Shown: one piece after another, positions 9,558-17,750 of the stretch | Layout of the letters: every line of letters begins with the position of its first letter | How positions within the stretch are numbered: position 1 is the stretch's first letter | Assembly (NCBI GenBank): GCA_963730185.1 | Contig: CAVSQW010000015.1 | Location: 160,001 to 224,000 of the forward strand | Direction of reading: 5' to 3' | Length of the DNA stretch: 64,000 nt | Origin: an uncultured Gemmatimonadales bacterium | Lineage (GTDB): Bacteria; Gemmatimonadota; Gemmatimonadetes; Gemmatimonadales; GWC2-71-9 | The notes under the pieces: model-generated | What the model saw: the letters and a program-made list of their open reading frames with translations, nothing else | Databases searched by the model: none | Told to the model about the DNA's origin: nothing | Translations under genes and position numbers: made by a program

Positions 9558-10493
9558 TCAGTAGGCCATCCCTCGCCGCCGGGTGACCAGGACGTCGCAG
9601 GGCGCGCGCTCCACCACCGCTTCCGCGACACTGCCGAGGAACAGCCGCCCCAACCGGGACTTGCCGGACGAGCCGACGGCCAGGAGGTCGGCCTTCTTCG
9701 CCCGGGCCTGCTCGAGCAGGACGGAGCGAGGATCCCCGGTCTTGAGGATCAATCCTTCGATCCCGGCGGGCTCCAGGGCTCGCCGCACCGCCCGGGCCCG
9801 CTCCCGGACGGCTTCGCCGGCCCGCTGGCGACGAGCCCGTGCCCCACTGGGCACCAGGGCCGCGGGCACCCCCGCGAGCGGATCGTCGAACGCTGCGACC
9901 GCGGCCAGTCGGGCGGTGGCCGGAGTGATGCGCCGCATCATCTGGGCGGCGCGCTTGGCTTCGGCGGAGAGGTCGTAGCCGACCAAGGCGCGTCGGTAGG
10001 GCGCGGTGGGCGGCGGCCCGACCACCAGAACGGGTTGTCGACCGCGGCGGACCATTCGGCGGGCGGTCGTGCCGATCAGGATCTCTTTCATCCGCGACTG
10101 GCCTCGGCGTCCCACCACCACGAGGTCGGCCTCGAGGATCTTGGCCAGCCGGAGCAGCTCCTCCGCGGGGTCGCCGCGGACCAGGCGGGTGGTCACGGTC
10201 ACGTCCGTTCGGCCCCGCTCCTCCAGCGTCCCGGCCAGTTTGGCCGCCGTGGTCTCGAGCTCGGTCTCGGCCGCGCCGCGGACCACCGAATCGGTAGCCG
10301 GGTCGATCCTCCGCGGGAGCACGGAGGCCACCACGACCGAGGCCCGCGAGGTCAGCGGCAGGGTCGCCACCCGGCGGACCGCCCGATCGCCGTCGAGCGA
10401 CAGATCGGTGCCGACCAGGACCCGCCCGACGCCGATCCCGCGGGTGGTTCGGGATCGGCGGCTCACCGGTCGACTCTTTCCTCGGGTCGTCAT
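9558..10493 (-). CDS. Universal stress protein, tandem USP domains (USP1)
   Basis: ATG 10493 with GGAGG RBS; GRRGQSRMKEILIGT and GSSGKSRLGRLFLGSVAE. Confidence 0.9.
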   Translation of the reverse strand: MTTRGKSRPVSRRSRTTRGIGVGRVLVGTDLSLDGDRAVRRVATLPLTSRASVVVASVLPRRIDPATDSVVRGAAETELETTAAKLAGTLEERGRTDVTVTTRLVRGDPAEELLRLAKILEADLVVVGRRGQSRMKEILIGTTARRMVRRGRQPVLVVGPPPTAPYRRALVGYDLSAEAKRAAQMMRRITPATARLAAVAAFDDPLAGVPAALVPSGARARRQRAGEAVRERARAVRRALEPAGIEGLILKTGDPRSVLLEQARAKKADLLAVGSSGKSRLGRLFLGSVAEAVVERAPCDVLVTRRRGMAY

Positions 10494-10532
10494 CGTAACT
10501 CCTCCGTGCTGGTTGGCCGCCGCCTCAGTGAC

Positions 10533-10577
10533 AAGGTCGGGGCCGTGGCTTAACGTGGTCGTGGAACGGCCCTGAGC
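10533..10577 (-). promoter_or_regulatory. Repeat-array promoter 1 (USP1)
   Basis: Minus strand GCTCA-N6-TTCCA-N7-GTTAA-N11-GACCTT. Confidence 0.5.
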
Positions 10578-10596
10578 GTTTCTTCCGAAGGGAACC

Positions 10597-10641
10597 CTTC
10601 CCGACGGCTTCAGGTCCGCTTCATCGACGCGAGCGCTGATT
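10597..10641 (+). promoter_or_regulatory. Repeat-array promoter 2 (esterase-PRTase-hydrolase operon)
   Basis: CTTCC-N6-CTTCA-N6-CTTCA-N12-CTGATT; the -10 match is weak. Confidence 0.6.
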
Positions 10642-10666
10642 CGAGAGGTCGGTTCCGGAGGCGGCG

Positions 10667-12595
10667 ATGGGGACCGCTCGTAGGGCATTGATGGTGGAGG
10701 CCCAGCTGGCCGGACGGGGGATTGCCGATCCGGCGGTGCTCGCGGCCATGAACGCCGTGTCGCGCGAGTCCTATCTTCCGAACCAGCTGATCGATGAGGC
10801 CTGGGACGATGCGGCGATCGTCGTGGCGCCGGGTCAGGTGTTGCCGCAACCTTGGCTTCTGGCCCGGGCGCTCGAGGCCCTGGAGCCCAGCCCCGCCGAC
10901 CGGGTGCTGGAGCTCGACGCCGGCCTGGACTACTCGACCGCGGTGCTCCGCCGGCTGGTGCGGGAGGTCGTGACGGTCCCGCCGACCGACGGCGACCCCC
11001 CGTTCGACGCGATCCTGGTCCACGACCGGACCGAGGCGGCGGCGGTGCGACTCCTGCCTTGGCTCCGCGAGGGTGGGCGTCTGGTGGCCGTGGTCCCGGA
11101 AGGTCCCGGGGAGCGCCGGTTGGTGCGGTTCCGGCGCCGACGCGGCGGAACCGAGTACGACCGTAACCCGCTCGAGCGGGCCCGCTTCGTGCTGCTCCCC
11201 TGGGGCGCCGAGACCCGCTCCGACCTGGGCCGCTACCTGCCCGGGCTGGCGCCGTCCGATCCGCGGGCCGCGGCCGGGCTGGTCCGGGAGGTAGCCGAAC
11301 CGTTCGGGTCGGTCGAGGACTTCGATCCCGGCCCGATTCTGGAGCGACTGGGCGACGCCCGTCTGGTGCTCATCGGGGAGGCGAGTCACGGGACCTCGGA
11401 GTTCTACCGGCTCCGCGCCCGCCTAACGCGGGCACTGATCGAGCGCCGGCGCTTCGCCTTCGTCGCCGCGGAAGCGGACTGGCCCGACGCGACCCAAGTG
11501 GATCGGTACGTCCGGCACCGGCCGCCCGACCCGGCCGACGAGCCGCCCTTCATCCGGTTTCCGACCTGGATGTGGCGCAACCGCGAGGTGGCCGGGTTCG
11601 TCGGGTGGCTCCACGAGTGGAACGCGGGGCGGGGCAGCGGGGGCGGCCGGGTCGGCTTCCACGGCCTCGATCTCTATAGCCTTCGAACCTCGCTCCGCCT
11701 GGTCCTGGACTATCTCGACCGGGTCGACCCGGCTGCGGCCCGCCTGGCGCGGGAACGCTACGGGTGCCTCCGCCCGTGGGAGCTCTCGCCGGCCGCCTAC
11801 GGCCGCTACGCGCTCTCGGCCGGTTACCGCTCCTGCGAGGAGCCGGTGGTCCGGCAGCTGACCGAGCTGCTTCGGCAACGGCTGGCCTATGGCGGCCGGG
11901 ACGGTGAGCAGTTCTTCGACGCCGAGCAGAATGCCCGGCTGGTAGCCGACGCCGAGCGGTACTATCGGGCGATGTACTACGGCTCGGTCGCCTCGTGGAA
12001 TCTCCGTGATCGGCACATGTTCGCCACCCTGGACCGGCTGCTGACGGCCTACGGGCCGACCTCCCGCGGCGTGGTCTGGGCCCACAACTCGCACCTGGGT
12101 GACGCCTCGGCCACCGAGCTGGGCGGGCGGGGCGAGCTCAACATGGGTCAGCTCTGCCGGGCGGCGTTCGGGCCGAGCGCCTATCTGATCGGATTCGGGA
12201 CCGACCGCGGGACGGTGGCAGCGGCCCAGGACTGGGACGGGCCGCTCGAGATCAAGACGGTCCGCCCGGCCCATCCGGAGAGCTACGAAGCTCTTTGTCG
12301 CGCGGCCGAACGACCGGCCTTCGCGCTTCACCTTCGGGACCCGCGGCGGCCCGAGGTGCGGGACGAGCTGCTGCCGATTCGCCTGGAACGGGCGATCGGC
12401 GTCATCTATCGCCCCGAGACGGAGCGTCAGAGCCACTACTTCGCGGCCTCGCTTCCGCGCCAGTTCGACGAGTACCTCTGGGTGAGTGAAACGAGCGCCG
12501 TGGCCCCGCTGGCCGTTACCGAGCGATTCCCCCCGGTTTCACGGGACCTTCAGGGCCCGATGGCCACGTTGCGGGGAGGGGAGGAGAGCCGCTGA
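10667..12595 (+). CDS. PCMT-like domain fused to erythromycin esterase-family domain
   Basis: N-terminal QLAGRGIADPAVLAAM; C-terminal IGEASHGTSEFY, EADWPDA, VVWAHNSH, ERAIGVIY. Confidence 0.88.
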   Translation: MGTARRALMVEAQLAGRGIADPAVLAAMNAVSRESYLPNQLIDEAWDDAAIVVAPGQVLPQPWLLARALEALEPSPADRVLELDAGLDYSTAVLRRLVREVVTVPPTDGDPPFDAILVHDRTEAAAVRLLPWLREGGRLVAVVPEGPGERRLVRFRRRRGGTEYDRNPLERARFVLLPWGAETRSDLGRYLPGLAPSDPRAAAGLVREVAEPFGSVEDFDPGPILERLGDARLVLIGEASHGTSEFYRLRARLTRALIERRRFAFVAAEADWPDATQVDRYVRHRPPDPADEPPFIRFPTWMWRNREVAGFVGWLHEWNAGRGSGGGRVGFHGLDLYSLRTSLRLVLDYLDRVDPAAARLARERYGCLRPWELSPAAYGRYALSAGYRSCEEPVVRQLTELLRQRLAYGGRDGEQFFDAEQNARLVADAERYYRAMYYGSVASWNLRDRHMFATLDRLLTAYGPTSRGVVWAHNSHLGDASATELGGRGELNMGQLCRAAFGPSAYLIGFGTDRGTVAAAQDWDGPLEIKTVRPAHPESYEALCRAAERPAFALHLRDPRRPEVRDELLPIRLERAIGVIYRPETERQSHYFAASLPRQFDEYLWVSETSAVAPLAVTERFPPVSRDLQGPMATLRGGEESR

Positions 12596-13260
12596 TGGAA
12601 TTCCAGGTGTTTCGGGATCGGCACGACGCCGGCCGGCAGTTGGCGGTCGCGCTGGAGCGATTCCGGGCGGACCGACCGGTGGTGCTCGGGTTGCCGCGCG
12701 GTGGCGTGCCGGTGGCCGCGGAGGTCGCGCGCGCTCTGGACGCTCCGCTCGACGTTCTGGTCGTGCGGAAAATCGGCGTGCCGTGGCAGCCGGAGTTTGC
12801 GATCGGCGCGATGGGCGAGGGGGTGGTCAAGCTCGATCAGGCGCTCATCCGCCGGATGGGTATCTCGTTCGACGACGTCCACGAGGTGGTGGATCGCGAG
12901 AGCCGGGAGCTCGAGCGGCGGATCCGGGTGTACCGGGCGGTCCGCGCCCCGATCGAGGTAACGGACCGGCCCGTCATCGTGGTCGACGACGGGCTCGCCA
13001 CCGGGTTCACCGCCCGGGCCGCCATCGAGGTGCTCCGGCGACACCGGCCCTCGCGAGTCGTCTTCGCCGCTCCGGTCTGCGCCCCGGATTCCGCCCGGCG
13101 ATTGGCCGGCGTGGTCGACGAGGTGGTGTGTCTTCGGCAGCCCGGCGATTTCCGGGCGGTGGGACGCTGGTATCGGGACTTCTCACCGACGGCCGAGGCC
13201 GAAGTGGTGGCCTTGCTCGAGGAGGCGTCGGCCGCCACGGGCGGTCGTGCTCTCCGGTAG
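12595..13260 (+). CDS. Phosphoribosyltransferase-family protein
   Basis: FRDRHDAGRQLA, LPRGGVPVA, PRPP-binding VIVVDDGLATG. Confidence 0.9.
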   Translation: MEFQVFRDRHDAGRQLAVALERFRADRPVVLGLPRGGVPVAAEVARALDAPLDVLVVRKIGVPWQPEFAIGAMGEGVVKLDQALIRRMGISFDDVHEVVDRESRELERRIRVYRAVRAPIEVTDRPVIVVDDGLATGFTARAAIEVLRRHRPSRVVFAAPVCAPDSARRLAGVVDEVVCLRQPGDFRAVGRWYRDFSPTAEAEVVALLEEASAATGGRALR

Positions 13261-13281
13261 GACGCCTGGAAGGAGGCCTCC

Positions 13282-13953
13282 GTGGCCAAATTGACGACGA
13301 CGCTGGTGGAGCGGGACGTTGGGGTAGTGGCCGGCACCGTGCTGTTGGCCGGCACCCTGACCATCCCGCCGGAGGCCGGCGGGATGGTGTTCTTCGCCCA
13401 TGGCTCGGGCAGCAGCCGGTCGAGCCCCCGGAACCGCTTCGTGGCCCGCCGTCTCAACGAGGCCGGTCTGGCCACCCTGCTTTTCGACTTGCTCACCGAG
13501 CGCGAGGCCGCGGAACGGACGAATGTGTTCGACGTCGACCTGCTCGGCCGGCGGCTGGTCGAGGCCATCGATTGGCATCGGGGTCAGGCCGGGCTCGAAG
13601 GCCTGCCGGTCGGCGTCTTTGGCGCGAGTACCGGTGCCGCCGCGGCGCTGATCGCCGCCGCTCGGCTCCCCGGAACGGTTCGGGCCGTGGTCTCGCGAGG
13701 CGGCCGGCCCGACCTGGCGGGTGACGCGCTGGGGCGGGTGCTGGCACCCACGCTGCTCCTCGTCGGCGGTGAGGACGACCTGGTGCTCGAGCTCAATCAG
13801 GCCGCCATCGCCCGCCTCGCGAGTCCCAAGCGGCTGGTGGTCATTCCCGGGGCGGGGCACCTGTTCGAGGAGCCCGGCAAGCTCGAAGCCGTATCCCGGC
13901 TCGCGGCCGAGTGGTTCGTTCGCTACCTGACCGTCAAACGGCTGGCGGAGTGA
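13282..13953 (+). CDS. Dienelactone hydrolase-like alpha/beta hydrolase
   Basis: FAHGSGSSRSSPRN, GASTG, VSRGGRPDLA, GAGHLFEEPG. Confidence 0.88.
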   Translation: MAKLTTTLVERDVGVVAGTVLLAGTLTIPPEAGGMVFFAHGSGSSRSSPRNRFVARRLNEAGLATLLFDLLTEREAAERTNVFDVDLLGRRLVEAIDWHRGQAGLEGLPVGVFGASTGAAAALIAAARLPGTVRAVVSRGGRPDLAGDALGRVLAPTLLLVGGEDDLVLELNQAAIARLASPKRLVVIPGAGHLFEEPGKLEAVSRLAAEWFVRYLTVKRLAE

Positions 13954-13982
13954 CGATCGGCGGCCCCGCCGTCGGCTTCGAG

Positions 13983-14420
13983 TCAGGTCGGAATCTGGGT
14001 CCCCTGGCGGGCCAGGAGTCGCCCGATGGCCTGGGCCTCGTCGACCAAGAGCTCCATGACGTCGTCGAGGCTCACGATTCCCGCGACGTGACCACCCTTA
14101 GCGGTGACGACGAGTCGGCGGGTGCCGAGCCGGGCCATCCGGTTCAACGCCTGCTCGATCGGGGTGTCCTCGTCGACGGTCTGGGCCGGGGTCGACATGA
14201 CCGTCGCGATGGCGGTCTCCTCGGGGTCGAGTCCGGCGGCCAGGCAGCGGGTCACCAGGTCGCGGTCGGTCACGATCCCAACCGGCTCCTGGAAGGATTC
14301 GCCGCCGAGAACCACCAGGGTGCCCACGTCCTCCTCGTTCATGCGCCGAGCGACCGTCCGGACGGTCTCGGTGGCGGTCGCCGTCGCGACGACCCGGCTG
14401 GCGATGCGTCCGACCGACAT
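13983..14420 (-). CDS. CBS-domain pair protein
   Basis: GIVTDRDLV and GIVSLDD motifs; GGAGGG RBS. Confidence 0.9.
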   Translation of the reverse strand: MSVGRIASRVVATATATETVRTVARRMNEEDVGTLVVLGGESFQEPVGIVTDRDLVTRCLAAGLDPEETAIATVMSTPAQTVDEDTPIEQALNRMARLGTRRLVVTAKGGHVAGIVSLDDVMELLVDEAQAIGRLLARQGTQIPT

Positions 14421-14468
14421 GGTTCCCTCCTAGGCTGACGGGCTGGGGCGGTACATCACCCGGGCTCA

Positions 14469-14524
14469 ACGGTACCGCGTAGCGGGTGAGGGCGGCCTGA
14501 AGCCTGAGTGAGAAGGTGATGAGC
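14469..14524 (-). promoter_or_regulatory. Repeat-array promoter 3 (CBS)
   Basis: Minus strand GCTCA-N6-TCTCA-N6-CTTCA-N6-CCTCA-N12-TACCGT. Confidence 0.68.
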
Positions 14525-14533
14525 GCCCGGGAA

Positions 14534-14578
14534 CTTCCCGCTGCGTTAATGCTGTCGTCAGGATCGGCGTCCCAACTT
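14534..14578 (+). promoter_or_regulatory. Repeat-array promoter 4 (glgA)
   Basis: CTTCC-N6-GTTAA-N6-CGTCA-N12-CAACTT. Confidence 0.55.
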
Positions 14579-14587
14579 GGGGGAGCC

Positions 14588-16144
14588 ATGACGACGACCG
14601 CCCCGATCTCCGCTCCCGCCGCACTCCCCCGCCGCACCGTCGCCGAACCGTTGCGCCGCCGATCGCGGACGGCCTTCCACTCCCGCGCCCAGGTGGTACA
14701 TCTCTCGGCCGAGTATGGTGCCCTGGCCCGGACCGGCGGCCTGGCTGAGGCGGTCGAAGGCCTGGCGCGAGCCCAAGCCCGGACCGGATCTCCCCGGGCG
14801 GCGGTGATCCTCCCCCTTTACCCCGCGCTCCGGCGCTCCGGGCGGTTTGTCCCATTGGCCTCCGACGGCCGCGCCGATCCGGGGGCGGTTCCGGTGTGGC
14901 GGGATGTGGCTCAGGCGGAGGCGGGACAACCCGACGTCCTGGCGCTGGACCTCCCTGGCTTCGACCGCCCGGGAATCTACGGCGAGGACGGCGTCGACTA
15001 TCCGGACAATCCCGCCCGTTTCTCGACCTTCGTGCGGGCGGCGCTCGAGGTCATGCCGCGACTGACGCCGGCCATCCGGGTGCTGCACGTCCACGACTGG
15101 CACGCGGGCCTGGCCCCAGCCCTGCTCCGTACCGAGTGGGCCGGCCGGCGATTCTACGACGCCATCGCGACGGTCCTGACCGTGCACAACGGGGCCTACC
15201 AGGGGCGCTTTCCCCGAGGAGTGTGTGACGGGCTAGGCCTTCCGTCCGCCGTCCTCGACGCCTTGGTGCCTGACCGTGAGGGGCGCCTCGCCTGGCTGGA
15301 CCTCGCCCTTCGGTTTGCCGACCTGGTGACCACGGTGAGCCCGAACCACGCCGAGGAGCTCCGGACGCCGCTGGGCGGCTTCGGCCTCGACGATCGCTAT
15401 CGGGCCTTGGGCGACCGGCTGGTCGGGATTCGAAACGGGATCGACGCCATCCACTGGGATCCCGCGACGGATGGGGCCTTGCCGGCCTTCTTCCAGGCCG
15501 GCTCCCGCGCCGGACGGGCCGCCAGTCGGACGGCGGTCGACCGGGCCCTCGGCTTTCCCTCGGACGGGGCACCGCTGATCGGGCTCGTCGGTCGACTGGT
15601 CGAGCAGAAAGGCATCGACCTGGTCGCCGATGGTCGGCTGGTCGAGTGGTTTCCGGAGGCGCGGTTCGTCGTGATGGGCGAGGGGAGGCCGGAGTACCGG
15701 GACCGGCTCCGCGGGTTGGCGGCGCGGTTTCCCGACCGGGTCCGGGCGCCGCTGGCCTTCGACGAGGGGTTCGAGCGCCGGCTCATGGCGGGCGCGGACC
15801 TCGTGCTGGTGCCCTCCCTGTACGAACCCTGCGGGCTGGCGCAGCTCCACGCCCAGCGGTACGGGGCCGTGCCGGTGGTACGGCGGGTCGGCGGCCTGGC
15901 GGACGCGGTGGTGGACGGGGTGACGGGATTCGTCTTTGACGAGTATTCCGTGCCCGCCCTCGCGGAGGCCTTGGGCCGGGCGCTCGCCGCCCGGCGGAAC
16001 CCGATCGGGTGGCCCGTGTTGGTGGAGCGGGTCATGCGGCTGAATGTCGGGTGGGACGACGCGGTGCCTCGGTTCCGCGACGTCTATCGGGCCGCCTGCA
16101 CCCGTCACGCCGCCTGGGAGGTGCAGGCGCATCGGAACCCGTGA
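14588..16144 (+). CDS. glgA: Glycogen/starch synthase (GT5)
   Basis: RTGGL, HVHDWH, TVHNGAYQG, PSLYEPCGLAQL, VGGLADAV; ATG 14588. Confidence 0.88.
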   Translation: MTTTAPISAPAALPRRTVAEPLRRRSRTAFHSRAQVVHLSAEYGALARTGGLAEAVEGLARAQARTGSPRAAVILPLYPALRRSGRFVPLASDGRADPGAVPVWRDVAQAEAGQPDVLALDLPGFDRPGIYGEDGVDYPDNPARFSTFVRAALEVMPRLTPAIRVLHVHDWHAGLAPALLRTEWAGRRFYDAIATVLTVHNGAYQGRFPRGVCDGLGLPSAVLDALVPDREGRLAWLDLALRFADLVTTVSPNHAEELRTPLGGFGLDDRYRALGDRLVGIRNGIDAIHWDPATDGALPAFFQAGSRAGRAASRTAVDRALGFPSDGAPLIGLVGRLVEQKGIDLVADGRLVEWFPEARFVVMGEGRPEYRDRLRGLAARFPDRVRAPLAFDEGFERRLMAGADLVLVPSLYEPCGLAQLHAQRYGAVPVVRRVGGLADAVVDGVTGFVFDEYSVPALAEALGRALAARRNPIGWPVLVERVMRLNVGWDDAVPRFRDVYRAACTRHAAWEVQAHRNP

Positions 16145-16156
16145 CCGGGGCGGACG

Positions 16157-16335
16157 CAAAGAAGAGGCGGAGGGTCTCGCCTCTCTCGAGACCCTCCGCC
16201 TTTCCCTCGTTCGGCGTCCGGATGGAGAGTCCGGTGGAGTCCCGCTGCTCTAGGCTTGGCGCGGGTCGCCGACGGGAGCGGCCGACGACGGCCGACCGCT
16301 CCAGGCCGACGGCGTCCTTCACTTCCACCCTCGGC
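16157..16335 (-). ncRNA. Candidate small RNA A (~180 nt)
   Basis: Own repeat-array promoter (TATCGT), several hairpins, terminator, no credible ORF; ends estimated. Confidence 0.45.
16165..16201. terminator. Bidirectional intrinsic terminator
   Basis: Perfect 15-bp stem AGGCGGAGGGTCTCG/CGAGACCCTCCGCCT with pyrimidine tails on both strands. Confidence 0.8.
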
Positions 16336-16341
16336 ACTCCA

Positions 16342-16386
16342 ACGATAGTCCGGAGCCGCTGAAGGGGCGGTGAGCTGACCGTGAAG
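16342..16386 (-). promoter_or_regulatory. Repeat-array promoter 5 (sRNA A)
   Basis: Minus strand CTTCA-N6-GCTCA-N6-CTTCA-N12-TATCGT. Confidence 0.68.
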
Positions 16387-16406
16387 CTTCGATGTCAGCG
16401 CCCGGG

Positions 16407-16556
16407 CAAACGACGGCCCCGGCGGCTCGGCTACGCCCCCGGGGCCTGGGAGTGGGTCGGGCAAGTGAACCATTCGGGTCACTTTCTTGAGACGCCGGCC
16501 ACCCGCGCCGACAGTCCCGTGGGCACTACCTTCGCCCTTCCTGCCGCCCGACCTTC
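16407..16556 (-). ncRNA. Candidate small RNA B (~150 nt)
   Basis: Own repeat-array promoter (TATCTT), multibranch fold closed by GGTCGGGC/GCCCGACC, 3' hairpin 16415-16446; ends estimated. Confidence 0.4.
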
Positions 16557-16562
16557 ACCATC

Positions 16563-16606
16563 AAGATAGCCTCGGCGCGTTAGGAAATGGCGAAGCTCGC
16601 TTGACG
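16563..16606 (-). promoter_or_regulatory. Repeat-array promoter 6 (sRNA B)
   Basis: Minus strand CGTCA-N6-CTTCG-N6-CCTAA-N11-TATCTT. Confidence 0.55.
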
Positions 16607-16638
16607 TCCCGTTCATCGTCGGGGAGGGACGCCGGCTT

Positions 16639-16683
16639 CTTCGTCGCCGCTTCAGGTCTTCTTCAACCGGTCCCGCCCAGATT
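16639..16683 (+). promoter_or_regulatory. Repeat-array promoter 7 (USP2)
   Basis: CTTCG-N6-CTTCA-N6-CTTCA-N12-CAGATT. Confidence 0.7.
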
Positions 16684-16720
16684 GCCGGTATGGGCTTGGT
16701 GGGCCCGGGAGGAGGATCCG

Positions 16721-17626
16721 ATGCTTCGCTCGCTCGTGGTTCCGCTCGATGGCTCGGGCTTCGCCGAGACCGCGATTCCCGTCGCCCGGGCGCTGGCTCG
16801 TGCGGCCGGGGCGTCGATTCGCTTGGTGATGGCGCACCAGCCGAGTCCGGTCCTGGTCGGGGCCTCCGCCCCGGACGACCGGGAGGTGCAGGCCCAGGAA
16901 CGCACCTACCTCGCCGCCCAGGCGGCCGACCTCCGGCAGCTGGCGTCAGGTCCGGGCTCGCAGGTGCTGCTCGAGGGGCATCCCGGTCCCGCCCTGGTCG
17001 AGTGGCTCACGGCGGAGCAGCCGGACCTCGTGGTCATGGCCACCCACGGGCGCGGCCCCGCCAGCCGGTTCTGGCTCGGCAGCGTGGCCGACTACCTGGT
17101 TCGCCATGCCCGCGCGCCGCTCCTGCTGCTCCGGCCCCCGGCGGCCGAGGGGCCGCAGGCGGCCCCGACCTTCCGGGCTGGCCTGGTCGCGCTCGATCTG
17201 TCCAACCGGGCGGAGGCCGTCCTGGAGACGGTGGCGCCGCTGGCCCTCGCGACCCAGGCGCACCTGACCCTGCTCTACGTACTCGAACCCGGTCTGGGCA
17301 TGGCCGGCACGCCGGCGCCCTACCCCGTCTCGCTGCCGCACGACTTGCTGGAGCACACCCGCGAGGAGGCCCAGCGCTACCTCGATGGCGTGGCCGACCG
17401 GCTTCGGACCCGCGGACTCCAGGTCGCCACGAAAGTCCTCGTTGGCTTCGGCGTCGCCGGCGCCTTGTTGGCACAGTTGGGTCGCGACGAATACGACTTC
17501 GTGGCCGCCTCCACCCATGGTGCCGGCGGCTTCCGGCGGATGCTGATCGGCAGCGTGGCCGACAAACTGGTGCGGGGCGCCACCAAGCCCGTGCTGTTGG
17601 TGCGGTCGGATCGGCATCTGCCCTGA
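16721..17626 (+). CDS. Universal stress protein, tandem domains (USP2)
   Basis: GGAGGAGG RBS; VVPLDGSGFAE, ATHGRG...LGSVAD, STHGAGG...IGSVAD. Confidence 0.92.
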   Translation: MLRSLVVPLDGSGFAETAIPVARALARAAGASIRLVMAHQPSPVLVGASAPDDREVQAQERTYLAAQAADLRQLASGPGSQVLLEGHPGPALVEWLTAEQPDLVVMATHGRGPASRFWLGSVADYLVRHARAPLLLLRPPAAEGPQAAPTFRAGLVALDLSNRAEAVLETVAPLALATQAHLTLLYVLEPGLGMAGTPAPYPVSLPHDLLEHTREEAQRYLDGVADRLRTRGLQVATKVLVGFGVAGALLAQLGRDEYDFVAASTHGAGGFRRMLIGSVADKLVRGATKPVLLVRSDRHLP

Positions 17627-17640
17627 CCACGGCGGGACGG

Positions 17641-17696
17641 CGTCACCGGGCGTTACAGAATCCTTCATGCTGCGTTCAGGCGGGGCGCAGCATGTT
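17641..17696 (+). promoter_or_regulatory. Repeat-array promoter 8 (USP3)
   Basis: CGTCA-N6-GTTAC-N6-CTTCA-N6-GTTCA-N12-CATGTT. Confidence 0.68.
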
Positions 17697-17750
17697 GCCT
17701 CAGTGGGGGCATTCGGCGCCCACGCCGACACCGGACGGGGGAGGCCCGCC

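Noticed and set aside
10667..12595. Macrolide resistance gene (ere)
   Set aside because: Family-level similarity only; the fusion and context match the widespread stress-associated homologs rather than EreA/EreB
16032..16482. Minus-strand ORFs of 101 and 125 aa in the glgA-USP2 gap
   Set aside because: They cross a strong terminator, overlap glgA antisense, and are low-complexity with no convincing RBS
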